64,000 nt of DNA from NCBI GenBank assembly GCA_963789395.1, contig CAWBKP010000025.1:1-64000 (forward strand). The letters run 5' to 3'. Source of the stretch: an uncultured delta proteobacterium (GTDB lineage Bacteria > Desulfobacterota > Desulfobacteria > Desulfobacterales > Desulfatirhabdiaceae). The first letter of the stretch is position 1. Each line of letters opens with the position of its first letter. This document shows positions 31,218 through 40,876 of this stretch, in pieces. The notes below the pieces were generated by a model. That model searched no databases and was not told the DNA's origin. It saw only the letters and a list, made by a program, of their open reading frames with translations. The position numbers were made by a program, and so were the translations under genes.

Positions 31218-32855
31218 ATGACACTCCAGGACACCACCGGGATCAAGGGTAGGCACATCATCATCTGGGCAACACTCCTGGCACTGTTTCTGGGCGCCAT
31301 GGATGCCTTGATCATCACAGCGGCCATGCCTTCCATCATATCTGACCTGGGAGGTCTCCACCTCTATGCCTGGGTATATTCCGCTTATTTCCTTGCCAGG
31401 GCTGTATCTCTCCCGGTTTTCGGAAAACTGTCCGACCTGTATGATACCCGGAAGCTCTTTCTTTTTTCCATCTCCTTGTTTCTCCTGGCTTCCGCAGCAG
31501 CAGGTTTATCCACATCCATGGCCGTTCTGGTGACCGCCAGGGTTTTTCAGGGCATCGGCGCCGGCGGCAATTTTGCCTTGGTCTACATCGTGCTCTCGGA
31601 CGTCGCCCTTCCGGGCAGGCGGGCCAGGACCCTTTCTCTGGCCAGTTCCGTATGGGGGATATCCAGTATCATCGGACCTACCCTGGGCGGTATCATCGTC
31701 ACCTATTTCTCCTGGCGATGGATATTCTACATCAACGTGCCCCTGGGAATTTTCTGCCTGGTGGTCATCAGCAGATTCCTTGATGAATTCCGACAGAAAA
31801 GCACCGAAACCCACCTGGATTTTGCGGGGATCACACTGCTGACAGGATTCATCCTGGTTCTGCTGACGCTGTTTATTGCAGGCGGCAGGACAGTTCCCTG
31901 GGGCTCTGTTGAAAGCCTGGCAATGGCGGTTCTGGCCATAGTTCTGGGGGCGGGATTTCTTTTTGCGGAACGACGGACAAAAGACCCGATTCTGAACCCG
32001 GCTTTTTTCAGAATCAGATTGTTCGCCCAGGGCAATGCAGCCGCATTCTCCAGTAGTTTTGTCATTTTCGCACTGTTTGCCTATGCCCCGCTGTTTATTC
32101 AGGGGGCATTATCCAGAACACCAATGGAGGCCGGAATTGCCATGCTTTCCCTGAGTCTGGGCTGGTCCATGGGTTCTCTGGTCATCGGGCGTATCATGCA
32201 CCACACCAATGAAAAAACCGCTGCCGTCACAGGTTCCCTGATGCTCCTTGCCGGAAGCGTCATGGCACTGATGTTCACAACACAAACCACCATGACCGTC
32301 TGCTTCATAGTTTTTTTGATTATGGGGCTGGGCATGGGCTTTGTAACCCTGTCAACACTGCTCCTGGTTCAGAACTCCCTCCAGGAAAAGGATCTGGGCG
32401 TTTCCACCTCCTCCCACCAGTTCGCACGCACCCTGGGCGGCACCATCGGGGTCGGCGTCTGCGGCGGTATTGTCACAACAAGCCTCATGGCACGGCTTGA
32501 AACTGCATCAATCAGCCTGCCCCAAGTCCTTATGACGGAACTGCGGCAAAACGCTGAAAACCTGTTCAAACCGGAATTTCAATCCCTCTTGACATCCGAT
32601 ACCCGGTTGATACTTGAGACAGCGGTAGCCGGCGGTCTGGAATCTGTTTTTATTATTGTAACGGCGGCATCGGTTATTAGCCTGCTCCTCACGGCTACCC
32701 TGCCGTTGCCTGAAAAAATATACAGGAAAAAGGGAATGAGATTTATTTTGCCAAATGGAAATTGTGAGTTAAGGATTGTGCATGGCAAGAACAGCACGCA
32801 TTATTGTCATGGGTTATCCGCACCACATCACCCGGCGCGGCCAGTTAACCGGTAG
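31218..32855 (+). CDS. MFS drug-resistance transporter (DHA2/EmrB-QacA-like); C-terminus reads into the downstream mini-element
   Basis: LGAMDALII.AMPSI, GKLSDLYDTRK, RVFQGIG, GPTLGG and WRWIFYINVP. About 14 hydrophobic segments. Confidence 0.9.
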   Translation: MTLQDTTGIKGRHIIIWATLLALFLGAMDALIITAAMPSIISDLGGLHLYAWVYSAYFLARAVSLPVFGKLSDLYDTRKLFLFSISLFLLASAAAGLSTSMAVLVTARVFQGIGAGGNFALVYIVLSDVALPGRRARTLSLASSVWGISSIIGPTLGGIIVTYFSWRWIFYINVPLGIFCLVVISRFLDEFRQKSTETHLDFAGITLLTGFILVLLTLFIAGGRTVPWGSVESLAMAVLAIVLGAGFLFAERRTKDPILNPAFFRIRLFAQGNAAAFSSSFVIFALFAYAPLFIQGALSRTPMEAGIAMLSLSLGWSMGSLVIGRIMHHTNEKTAAVTGSLMLLAGSVMALMFTTQTTMTVCFIVFLIMGLGMGFVTLSTLLLVQNSLQEKDLGVSTSSHQFARTLGGTIGVGVCGGIVTTSLMARLETASISLPQVLMTELRQNAENLFKPEFQSLLTSDTRLILETAVAGGLESVFIIVTAASVISLLLTATLPLPEKIYRKKGMRFILPNGNCELRIVHGKNSTHYCHGLSAPHHPARPVNR

Positions 32856-32953
32856 TGTGCGATTCGTGGAAGAGATTGAGAAAAAATCGAAAGGCGGAGT
32901 TCAGAGGGCAGGGAAGGCCAAAAAAATCGAATAAATAAATCTGTCCCCTTTAT
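32727..32953 (+). mobile_element. Non-autonomous internally deleted Y1-transposase element
   Basis: Degenerate left end, then ATG 32782 MARTARIIVMGYPHHITRRG joined in frame to QLTGSVRFVEEIEKKIERR. Right end AATAAATAAATCTGTCCCCTTTA. Confidence 0.85.
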
Positions 32954-32956
32954 TCT

Positions 32957-33634
32957 TTATTCTGGGCAGGGGGAGAGATTGACCGCCATGACCCGAGACT
33001 TGCCATTGATATCCTGGATAAGCGTTATCCCGCCGTAATCCAGATGAATTCTGAAAAGATTGGCCAGCGGTATCTGCAGCACCTCGCAAAGCAGCACCCG
33101 GATAACACCGGCATGAGTGACGATCAGCGTGTTGCCGGGCGATTGAACGGCGATGCGCCGGATAAACGGGACAGCCCGCTGCTGGAGATCGGCGAAGCTC
33201 TCCGCGCCGGGTGGCCGGAAGTGGCCGATATTCTCCCCGCGCGCCTGCCAGAGGCCCGGAAAGTGTTCGCGGATTTGCGACATGGCCATCCCATCCCATT
33301 GACCAAGATCGATCTCGCGCAGTTCAGAGGCTTGCATAATTTTGATGCCGAGGTTCACAGAGACAATGGCCGCGGTTTCGCGGGACCTTGCCAGATCGCT
33401 GCACCATATGCCGGTAAACGGAATATCCATCAGCTGCCGACCCTGCCGTTCGGCCTGCTTGCGGCCATCAGGGCTGAGCGGCGGGTCAATTTGTCCGACA
33501 AAACGCTTTTCCGCCGTGGACGCGATTGCGCCATGTCGCATCAGATAGAGCATGCTTCCGAAAAAAATCTGTTGAGTTGTCATTGTAAGGAGCCGGTGTT
33601 TAACATCAACCAAAATATCCATTCCAGCGAACAT
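32957..33634 (-). CDS. Histidine phosphatase family protein (CobC/phosphoglycerate mutase-like)
   Basis: LYLMRHG, SDLARSRETA, LREIDLGQWDG, PPGAES and VTHAGVIR. Start uncertain. Confidence 0.85.
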   Translation of the reverse strand: MFAGMDILVDVKHRLLTMTTQQIFFGSMLYLMRHGAIASTAEKRFVGQIDPPLSPDGRKQAERQGRQLMDIPFTGIWCSDLARSRETAAIVSVNLGIKIMQASELREIDLGQWDGMAMSQIREHFPGLWQARGENIGHFRPPGAESFADLQQRAVPFIRRIAVQSPGNTLIVTHAGVIRVLLCEVLQIPLANLFRIHLDYGGITLIQDINGKSRVMAVNLSPCPE

Positions 33635-33659
33635 TTTGGCAATATATCAGCTGTGATTT

Positions 33660-33772
33660 GATATGTCAATATTGACATATCGATTATTTTAAATTATACA
33701 GAAACAACTGGTTGTTGCGAGGATGAGATGCCCCTTTATAAGCATGATGTGTTATGTCAATAGTGACAGGTC
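33660..33772. promoter_or_regulatory. Two related palindromic operators, possibly ModE-type
   Basis: Perfect 22-bp palindrome GATATGTCAATATTGACATATC (33660-33681) and degenerate GTTATGTCAATAGTGACAGGTC (33751-33772). Confidence 0.6.
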
Positions 33773-33948
33773 GAATATTTTTTCATAACTGCATCATATT
33801 TCCATACGGTTATTTACGTGCCGATGCAATCTGAAACGTATTTAATTATTATCTATAACCTGATGGTATCAAATCAATTTACAGATTCGATTGCAGGGTT
33901 TCAGATTATTCGGATACAATATTCACTATAATGAACAAACGGAGCGAT

Positions 33949-34739
33949 ATGAAAAACAATGCATTGTCAGCCGGATATCAAGCGCCGGCAGTTCAACGGG
34001 CGTTTCATTTGCTCAAACTGGTTGCTGAATCGCCTGCTGAGCAGAGCCTGAGCAGTCTTGCCCGAAACATGGGGTGTAGCAAGAGCACCACCCATGGCCT
34101 GATTCAGTCGTTGTTAAGTGTGGGCGCTTTGGAGCAGGGCTCCTTGCGGAAAAAATATTTTCTGGGTCCCGCCATTGTGGAACTGGCGTTTCAAAACCGG
34201 AATTATTTTCAGATCGGTGATAAGGCCAGACCAATACTGGAAGCCTTGCGGGATCAGATTGGTGAAACGGTATTTCCTCGGCGTTATGGGGAGGTCCCGG
34301 GGAATTGTCGTGGCGACCGCTGAATCCCAAAAGTCGCTTAAATTGTCCGCTCCTCCGGGAACATCCATTTCCCTGCGGGCCGGGGCATTGGGTAAAGTGT
34401 ATCTGGCTTCCCTGCCTGACGAATCAGGCGGTTCAGTTCATTCAGGAGCGGGAACTGACCCGGTACACGGAAAAAACCATTACGGACAAAAGCGATTATC
34501 TTGCTGAAATCGACCAGGTACGTCAGAATGGATACGCTGTTGATGACGAGGAATTTCTTCCGGGAGTCAAGGCCGTTGCCACCGGCGTCGGAAATCACAG
34601 GGGGCTGCCACTGGCCCTATGGGTGGTTGGTTTTGCAGGCGCAATGGAAAACGGCGTGCTTCCGAAGATTATTCGATGCATACAACAAGCAGCCCATGAT
34701 TTACAAAAAATCATGGATATAAAAGGGGAAATGCCGTGA
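33949..34739 (+). CDS. IclR-family transcriptional regulator (two frameshifts)
   Basis: APAVQRAF..SKSTTHGL HTH. GALGKVYLA and YTEKTIT..GYAVDDEE lie in successive frames. Confidence 0.8.
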
Positions 34740-34850
34740 GATCGATCCCGGTTCAGGATGCGTTGGGAATGCTGTTATGTCATGATATCACCAGTATTTT
34801 CCGAGTAAATTCAAGGTTGAAAGGATTTTAAAAAGGCAATGTCATTGTGG
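34736..34850 (+). pseudogene. 5-prime remnant of a molybdopterin-binding (MoeA-like) protein
   Basis: GTG start overlapping the IclR stop. MRSIPVQDALGMLLCHDITSI is followed by frame-broken PSKFK..FKKGNVI. Confidence 0.6.
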
Positions 34851-34892
34851 ACATTCACGAATTGCGATGGACTAAACAAAGGAGCGTAAATC

Positions 34893-35918
34893 ATGCGAAA
34901 ATGGGTCGAGGCCATCCATGAAATTCTGAGCCGGAAACAGCCGCTGGTCATGGCCCTGATTTTGAGTCAGGAAGGCTCCACGCCCAGGGCCGCCGGAACG
35001 CGGATGCTGATCGGTTCAGATGGCTCTCTGGTAGGCACCATCGGCGGCGGGAAGATCGAGGCCGGCGTTATCGAGACAGCCCGTGACATGCTGGGAAAAC
35101 CGGGAGCTGCGATCCTGTCCTTTGATCTGACTTCTGAAATTGCCGATGCCATGGACATGATCTGCGGCGGGAAGCTGGAAATCCTGATAGATTCGATTGC
35201 TCCGGATGAAGCAAACCGCCTGTTTTTTTCCAACCTGCTTCAGATGCTGGACCATCGGCAAAAAGGGCTGATGGTTACCGAACTCCTGGAATCAGACGAC
35301 CTTCAGGTCAGGCGCTCTGTTCTGTTTCAGGACGGTGGGGAAATCGCGGATTCGGATTTGAAAAAAGCAATCGATTCCATTCCAAAAAAGCTGCGTGTGC
35401 CGGCACTGACTCAGTCCGGTAACCGGCGGCTTTTCATCGAACCGGTATCTGCGGCAGGGACGGTGTACTTTTTCGGTGCAGGCCATGTCAGCCTTCAAAC
35501 AGCCATACTTGCCAAAAGAGTCGGGTTCGACACCGTGGTTCTGGATGACCGCATCGAATTTGCCAATGCCGGCCGGTTTTCAGATGCCGATGAGGTTCGG
35601 GTTCTGGCGTCATTCGAACAGGCCTTTGCGGGGCTTGAAATTCACCCGGACAGCTACATCGTGATTCTCACGCGCGGGCACCTTCACGACAAAACCGTTC
35701 TTCAGCAGGCCCTTCACACCCCGGCAGGCTATATCGGGATGATCGGATCCCGGAAAAAACGGGATGCCATTTACCGGGCACTTGAAAATGAAGGGTTTGC
35801 TGCGGCGGATTTTGAAAAAGTGCAGTGTCCCATCGGTCTTTCGATCGGCGCCCAGACCCCCGAGGAAATCGCTGTCAGCATTGTGGCGGAACTGATTCTT
35901 GCCCGTTCCGTGAAGTAA
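34893..35918 (+). CDS. xdhC: XdhC/CoxI-family molybdoenzyme maturation factor
   Basis: GSTPR, GTIGGG, MICGG, FGAGHV, TRGH, YIGMIGS and PIGL..TPEEIAVSI. Confidence 0.9.
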   Translation: MRKWVEAIHEILSRKQPLVMALILSQEGSTPRAAGTRMLIGSDGSLVGTIGGGKIEAGVIETARDMLGKPGAAILSFDLTSEIADAMDMICGGKLEILIDSIAPDEANRLFFSNLLQMLDHRQKGLMVTELLESDDLQVRRSVLFQDGGEIADSDLKKAIDSIPKKLRVPALTQSGNRRLFIEPVSAAGTVYFFGAGHVSLQTAILAKRVGFDTVVLDDRIEFANAGRFSDADEVRVLASFEQAFAGLEIHPDSYIVILTRGHLHDKTVLQQALHTPAGYIGMIGSRKKRDAIYRALENEGFAAADFEKVQCPIGLSIGAQTPEEIAVSIVAELILARSVK

Positions 35919-35981
35919 TGCCCGGTTGCATTTCATCTGAATGATTGCCGGAATATATTTTTGTAAGCATAGCGGATAATT

Positions 35982-37112
35982 ATGGAAAAACAGGAGATTG
36001 CAGCCATTATCCTTTCGGCCGGATTGTCATCCAGGCTCAAAGAGTTCAAGCCGCTCCTGCCATTGGGAAATGAACTGCTTCTGGAACGCGTCATAACGCT
36101 ATACCGTCTGCGGGGGTTTCGGATATCCGGGTGGTCACCGGGCATCGTGCCGGGGAAGTTGCGGCGCTTGCCACGCGTTGCGGCGCCAGCCCGGTTTTCA
36201 ATCCCGATTTTGCTGAAGGCATGTTTTCTTCGGTTGTTGCCGGCGTTTCTGACTTGTCAACGGATTGCGCCGGTTTTTTTATTCATCCGGTGGATATTCC
36301 CCTGGTCAGGCGTCAGACCCTGACCGATTTGCAGGATGCGTTCAAACAGGGGAATGCCGGCATTTGTTATCCGACATTTCTGGAGGTCCGCGGACATCCC
36401 CCGCTTGTTTCCGGAATTCATGTCAACGCCATTAAATGCGGAACAGGTCAGGGCGGCCTTCGGGAAATTTTAAACGGACTTGAGGCCGATGCGATAAATG
36501 TCCCGGCGGTGGATCGATATATTCTGAAGGATATCGATACGCCTGAGGATTATGCCTGGGCACGGGACTGCATGGACCGTCACGACATTCCTTCCGGTGA
36601 CGAATGCCGGGCGCTCATGATCCGTCACGCTGTTTCACAAAACGTCATGGATCATTGCCGGGCAGTCGCGGATCTGGCAAATCGCATGGTAGGTGCGCTG
36701 AACGCTGCCGGCTGCCGGCTGGATAGGCATCGGACGGTATCTGCGGCACGGCTTCACGATCTGGCAAGGGGCTGTCCCGACCACGCCGAAGCAGGCGCCC
36801 GGATGCTTCGCAAGATGGGATTTCCCCGCATTGCCGATATCGTTGCGGTTCACATGGATTATACGGTCGACAAAACAGGCCCGGTTACAGAAGCCGAGGT
36901 GGTTTTTCTTGCCGATAAATGGATTCAGGGGGATCGACAAGTCAGCATGGAGGAGCGTTTTCAGGCAAAACTGCGGCAATATGGCGATCGATTCCGGGGT
37001 CTGCCGGGATATTTTGAGGCGCCGGGATAATGCCATTGAAGCGCAACGGCGCGTTGAGAAACAGAGCGGTCTCGCCATGGAACGGCTGTTAATGATTTTT
37101 CAGAGAATTTAG
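35982..37112 (+). CDS. MocA-like nucleotidyltransferase fused to an HD domain (two frameshifts)
   Basis: ILSAGLSSR..KPLL, GMFSS, PVDIP, GHPP and DIDTPEDY. Then HC..V, LHDL, H..G and ADK. Confidence 0.8.
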
Positions 37113-37292
37113 AAAATTTTTCTTGTTTACATTCTGACGGATTGACTTATTAAGTACATGGTGGAGATGAGCCGATTTTCAGCGGATGCGATATTTCATA
37201 AAAATGCTTTTTCAACCTTGAAGATAAGAGAGCATTTTATTGCTGAAAAGAAGCGATCATCGATATTCGAGCAAGGGATATATCAGACTGTC

Positions 37293-37685
37293 ATGACACA
37301 AAGTAAAGAAGGTCCGTTTTTTATCCGCTCGAAAATCTGGTTTGAGGATGGCTCCGGAGAGGTGATCTTTGGTCTGGGGCGACTTAAAATGCTGGAAGCC
37401 ATTGAGCGCCAGGGTTCGATTCAGGCGGCTGCCAAGGAACTGAAAATGAGCTACCGGGCCTTATGGGGAAGAATAACGGCAACGGAAAACCGGATGGGCC
37501 GGCAGCTGTTGACCCGAAACATCGGCGGGGCTTCCGGCGGCGGCTCGCAGTTGACCCCTTTTGCAAAGATTATTCTGGAAAATTTCCGGGATATTCACCG
37601 GCGCATCGCACTGGAATCGGATCGGCTGTTTCAAGAGGAAATCCTTTCCAAAATCACCCGGACAGACGATGATCTGGAAGGCTGA
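37293..37685 (+). CDS. ModE-family winged-helix regulator (N-terminal domain only)
   Basis: FGLGRLKMLEAI..GSIQAAAKELKMSYR..GG..GGGSQLT. Start chosen at ATG 37293. Confidence 0.85.
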   Translation: MTQSKEGPFFIRSKIWFEDGSGEVIFGLGRLKMLEAIERQGSIQAAAKELKMSYRALWGRITATENRMGRQLLTRNIGGASGGGSQLTPFAKIILENFRDIHRRIALESDRLFQEEILSKITRTDDDLEG

Positions 37686-37972
37686 TGGCCGACTTGATTT
37701 ACCTGTCACTGGCAGTTCACTGGGAAACGTCTCAACTCTCCTCAAAGCATCTTTTCCGCAATTCATTCCCGCCTGCGGCCGGATTCATCCAAAGATGATG
37801 CAGTGTGCACAACTATGGAGTCAAGACATGCCTTAGATGTATCTTGCAGCATCTGCCCAATTCATGTTATGGAAAACACAGATTGATGCGACAGGAATAT
37901 CAAGCGTTTGAATGGTAAAAAACCCCGACATCCTTCATGGTGAATGGGGAAAATCAATGAAAGGAAAAACCG

Positions 37973-38230
37973 ATGTCAGTTCCTCCGGTAAAGGTTTATT
38001 CGCTCAGCACCTGCAGCCATTGTAAATCCACCAAAAAAATGCTTTCAGACTGCACCATTCAATATGACTATGTGGATGTGGATACGACTCAAGGCGATGA
38101 AAGGGCCGCGATTCTGGAAGATGTCAAAAAATTCAATCCCAAATGTTCATTTCCGACCATTATCATCGGCAATACCGTGATTGTCGGGTTCAAGGAAAAA
38201 GAGATCAAGGAGGCGCTGGGGCTGGAATGA
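37973..38230 (+). CDS. Glutaredoxin/NrdH-like redoxin
   Basis: CSHC active site, SFPTI and VGF. Confidence 0.85.
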   Translation: MSVPPVKVYSLSTCSHCKSTKKMLSDCTIQYDYVDVDTTQGDERAAILEDVKKFNPKCSFPTIIIGNTVIVGFKEKEIKEALGLE

Positions 38231-38556
38231 ACGCCGAACAACTCTATGAAATGCTCAAAAAAGTCCAGGAGCCCAAAGGCTATTATTTCAGCGACGACAC
38301 CGAACGGGTGGCGGAACTGATGCAGGCCCTTCTGGCCAACAAGGAGCGTTACGGGTATATGGTCTGCCCCTGCCGACTGTCTTCGGGAGAAAAAGAAAAG
38401 GACAGGGACATCATCTGCCCCTGTGTTTACCGTACCGAAGACGTGGCGGAATTTGGCAGCTGTTACTGCAATCTTTACGTGTCCAGGGAATGGCTGGAAG
38501 GCAAGATTCCCCGCGAGTATGTTCCGGAACGCAGACCGGTTGAGAAAATGTTTTAG
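38227..38556 (+). CDS. Ferredoxin:thioredoxin reductase catalytic subunit-like protein
   Basis: CPC, CPC and CYC motifs. ATGA overlap with the redoxin. Confidence 0.9.
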   Translation: MNAEQLYEMLKKVQEPKGYYFSDDTERVAELMQALLANKERYGYMVCPCRLSSGEKEKDRDIICPCVYRTEDVAEFGSCYCNLYVSREWLEGKIPREYVPERRPVEKMF

Positions 38557-38566
38557 ATCCGCGTCA

Positions 38567-40020
38567 TCATCCCTGGTAGTGTTCTGTAAGAGACTGGATT
38601 TCCTGTTTCAGCTTTTCCGGAACCGGCTCGGGATGATGGGTGTTTAAAATCGTGTCCAGCTTTGTCCTGGCCCTGACCAGAAGGCTTGTCTTTCCGGAGG
38701 CTTCCCATTCCTCGTATCCGGACCGGCTGGTGAGCTTGGGCCGCCATTGGGTGCTGCGCAGGTGTCTGAAGGTATGATCATGGGATAAAAATTCTCCCGT
38801 GGGGCCGATTTCCTCAATCACGTTCAGCGCCATCATTTCGTCATTAATGGGAATTCCTTTTTTCATCCGCCGGATCATATCGATCATTTCATCCACGATC
38901 ACGATCATCTCCAGGCTTCCGGTTCTGCCAAAATCCAGATATCCCACGTCATGATTGAGGTTGGCGCCGGCCATGGCCGACATGAACGTCAGAAGGCCGG
39001 CTTCAAAGGTCGCCTGTCCGTCCGGAATCTGGGCGTCGCTGGTGCCCGCATATCCCCATGACGGCAGATTGACATGGTGGCTCATTTCAATCATGGCCAT
39101 GTAGGCCATGTAGTATTCAGGTGCGTTGTAGGAACACTGGCTGGTGGCCATGTCCAGAACGGCCGCACCCATTCCCATGATAAAGGGTGCGCCCGGTGAC
39201 GCCAGCTGATGAATGACAAGTCCGCAGAAGCATTCACTCAGGCCCTGAACCACATGCCCGGCAATGGTCATGGGGGCCGTTGACCCGGCAATGGGCGCCG
39301 GTGAATAAATGGCCGGAATCCGCTTTTCCGCGCAGAACAGGAGTTTGTCCAGGCTGTCGAATGGGTGTTTCAGCGGACTGATCGGCTCGGCATAATGCAT
39401 GAAATACGGTTTTTCCTTCAGGACCGCTTCGCTTCCCCGCAGTCTTTTGGCAAGTTCCCATATTCGGGTCAGGTCTTTTCTGGACGCCGCGGTACAGACG
39501 ATGGGTTTTATGGAGTTTTCGGCCATGGCCTGAAACTCGACCAGATAGGCTCTTTCAGGGGCAACGTCGCTGGGATGGGCAAAGGACATAATAAAATCGA
39601 TATTGGTCAGGGCATCGCAGACCCGGGCGGCATTTTTGACATCTTCCAGAACACAGAGACGGCGTTCACCCGAGGCGTTCAGAGAATAAATCAGATCTGA
39701 TCCGGTTCCAAAATAGGAGCGGTTCCCTCCCAGATCCATGACCTGCAGGCCGTTTCGATTGAAAACAGGTATGGAGTCGGGCGCGCTGTGAATGGACTTT
39801 TCCACGAGGGATTCCGGAATGGTCACCATCCGGCCGCTCTTGACCGTGCATCCGGCATGCGAGAGCAGAGAAAGCGCTCCCTCATGCTGGATTTCCATGC
39901 CGATGGTTTCGAGCACATGGAGCGCTGCCCGATAAATTTTACGTTTATCTTCCAGAAGAAAGAAATGAGAGCCTGGGGAAAATCGAGATTGCTTCCGGTG
40001 TCAAATTGAAATCCTTTCAT
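38567..40020 (-). CDS. MttB-superfamily (trimethylamine methyltransferase-like) protein, non-pyrrolysine; N-terminal frameshift
   Basis: SPL, GSTAPMTIAG, DM, GTSDAQIPDGQA.FE, AGANLNHDVGYL and GEFLSHDHT. Confidence 0.85.
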
Positions 40021-40063
40021 GATGTTTCAGGCGTTCAGGCAAAAGTCTAAAAGACATGCAGCT

Positions 40064-40876
40064 TCAGCCTTTTCTTTTCGCCCAGTTTCCGATGCCGAAG
40101 AAAATAAAAAAAATCAGAGAGGCCAGGGTAACAATGGTGGCGCCGGAGGCCAGGTCCGCATAATAGGAAATGCACAGGCCGCCCGTGGTTGCGGCAAGCG
40201 CCACACCGATGGCAACCGCGAACATGGCACCGTATCGATCGGTAACCTGAGCGGCGGCAGCTCCGGGGATGACCAGAAGAGCGGATACCAGGATGATGCC
40301 GACTACCTTCATGCTGATGACTACGGTCAGGGCCAGGATCGTCAGAAAAAAATGATCCAGGAACATGACCGGAATCCCGCTGACGTGAGCGACTTCACTG
40401 TCGAAGGCCGCAAACAGCATCTCCTTGAAGAACAGCCAGATCGAAACCAGAACCAGGCTGCCGAGAATGGCGATGATGAGAATATCCTGGTGGGTAATGG
40501 CCAGAATGTTTCCGAACAGATACCCGAAAAGGTCCACATTATACGCGCTGGACAATCCGATGAAAATGACCCCAAGGGCCATGGCCAGGGAAAAGAAGAT
40601 CCCGATGGCGGTGTCGGCGCTGAGCCGCTGCTGATTGCCGACAATGCCGATGGCATTGGCAACGCAAACGGCAAAAACAATCGCGGAGATGGTGGGCGAG
40701 ACCCCGAGCAAGGCGCCCAGCGCCACACCGCCGAATGCGGAATGGGCGACCCCCACGCCGATAAAGGAAAATTTACGGAGCACCACAAAGCAGGAAACCA
40801 CGGCCAGTACGATGCTGAGCAGAATTCCGGCTGCCAGTGCATTTTGCATGAAACTCAGATGCAGCCACTCAGTCAT
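40064..40876 (-). CDS. znuB: Zn/Mn ABC transporter permease
   Basis: GVAHSAFGG, LFGYLFGNIL and VGIILVSALLVIP. Confidence 0.8.
   Translation of the reverse strand: MTEWLHLSFMQNALAAGILLSIVLAVVSCFVVLRKFSFIGVGVAHSAFGGVALGALLGVSPTISAIVFAVCVANAIGIVGNQQRLSADTAIGIFFSLAMALGVIFIGLSSAYNVDLFGYLFGNILAITHQDILIIAILGSLVLVSIWLFFKEMLFAAFDSEVAHVSGIPVMFLDHFFLTILALTVVISMKVVGIILVSALLVIPGAAAAQVTDRYGAMFAVAIGVALAATTGGLCISYYADLASGATIVTLASLIFFIFFGIGNWAKRKG

Noticed and set aside
13626..32953. Repeat-separated units as a CRISPR array or a classical integron
   Set aside because: The repeats are inverted and irregularly spaced around gene-sized inserts. No cas genes, no tyrosine integrase and no RYYYAAC..GTTRRRY attC structure were seen.
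38567..40020. Pyrrolysine or selenocysteine recoding in the MttB or redox genes
   Set aside because: There is no in-frame TAG or TGA at the relevant positions. Tyr and Cys codons are present instead.
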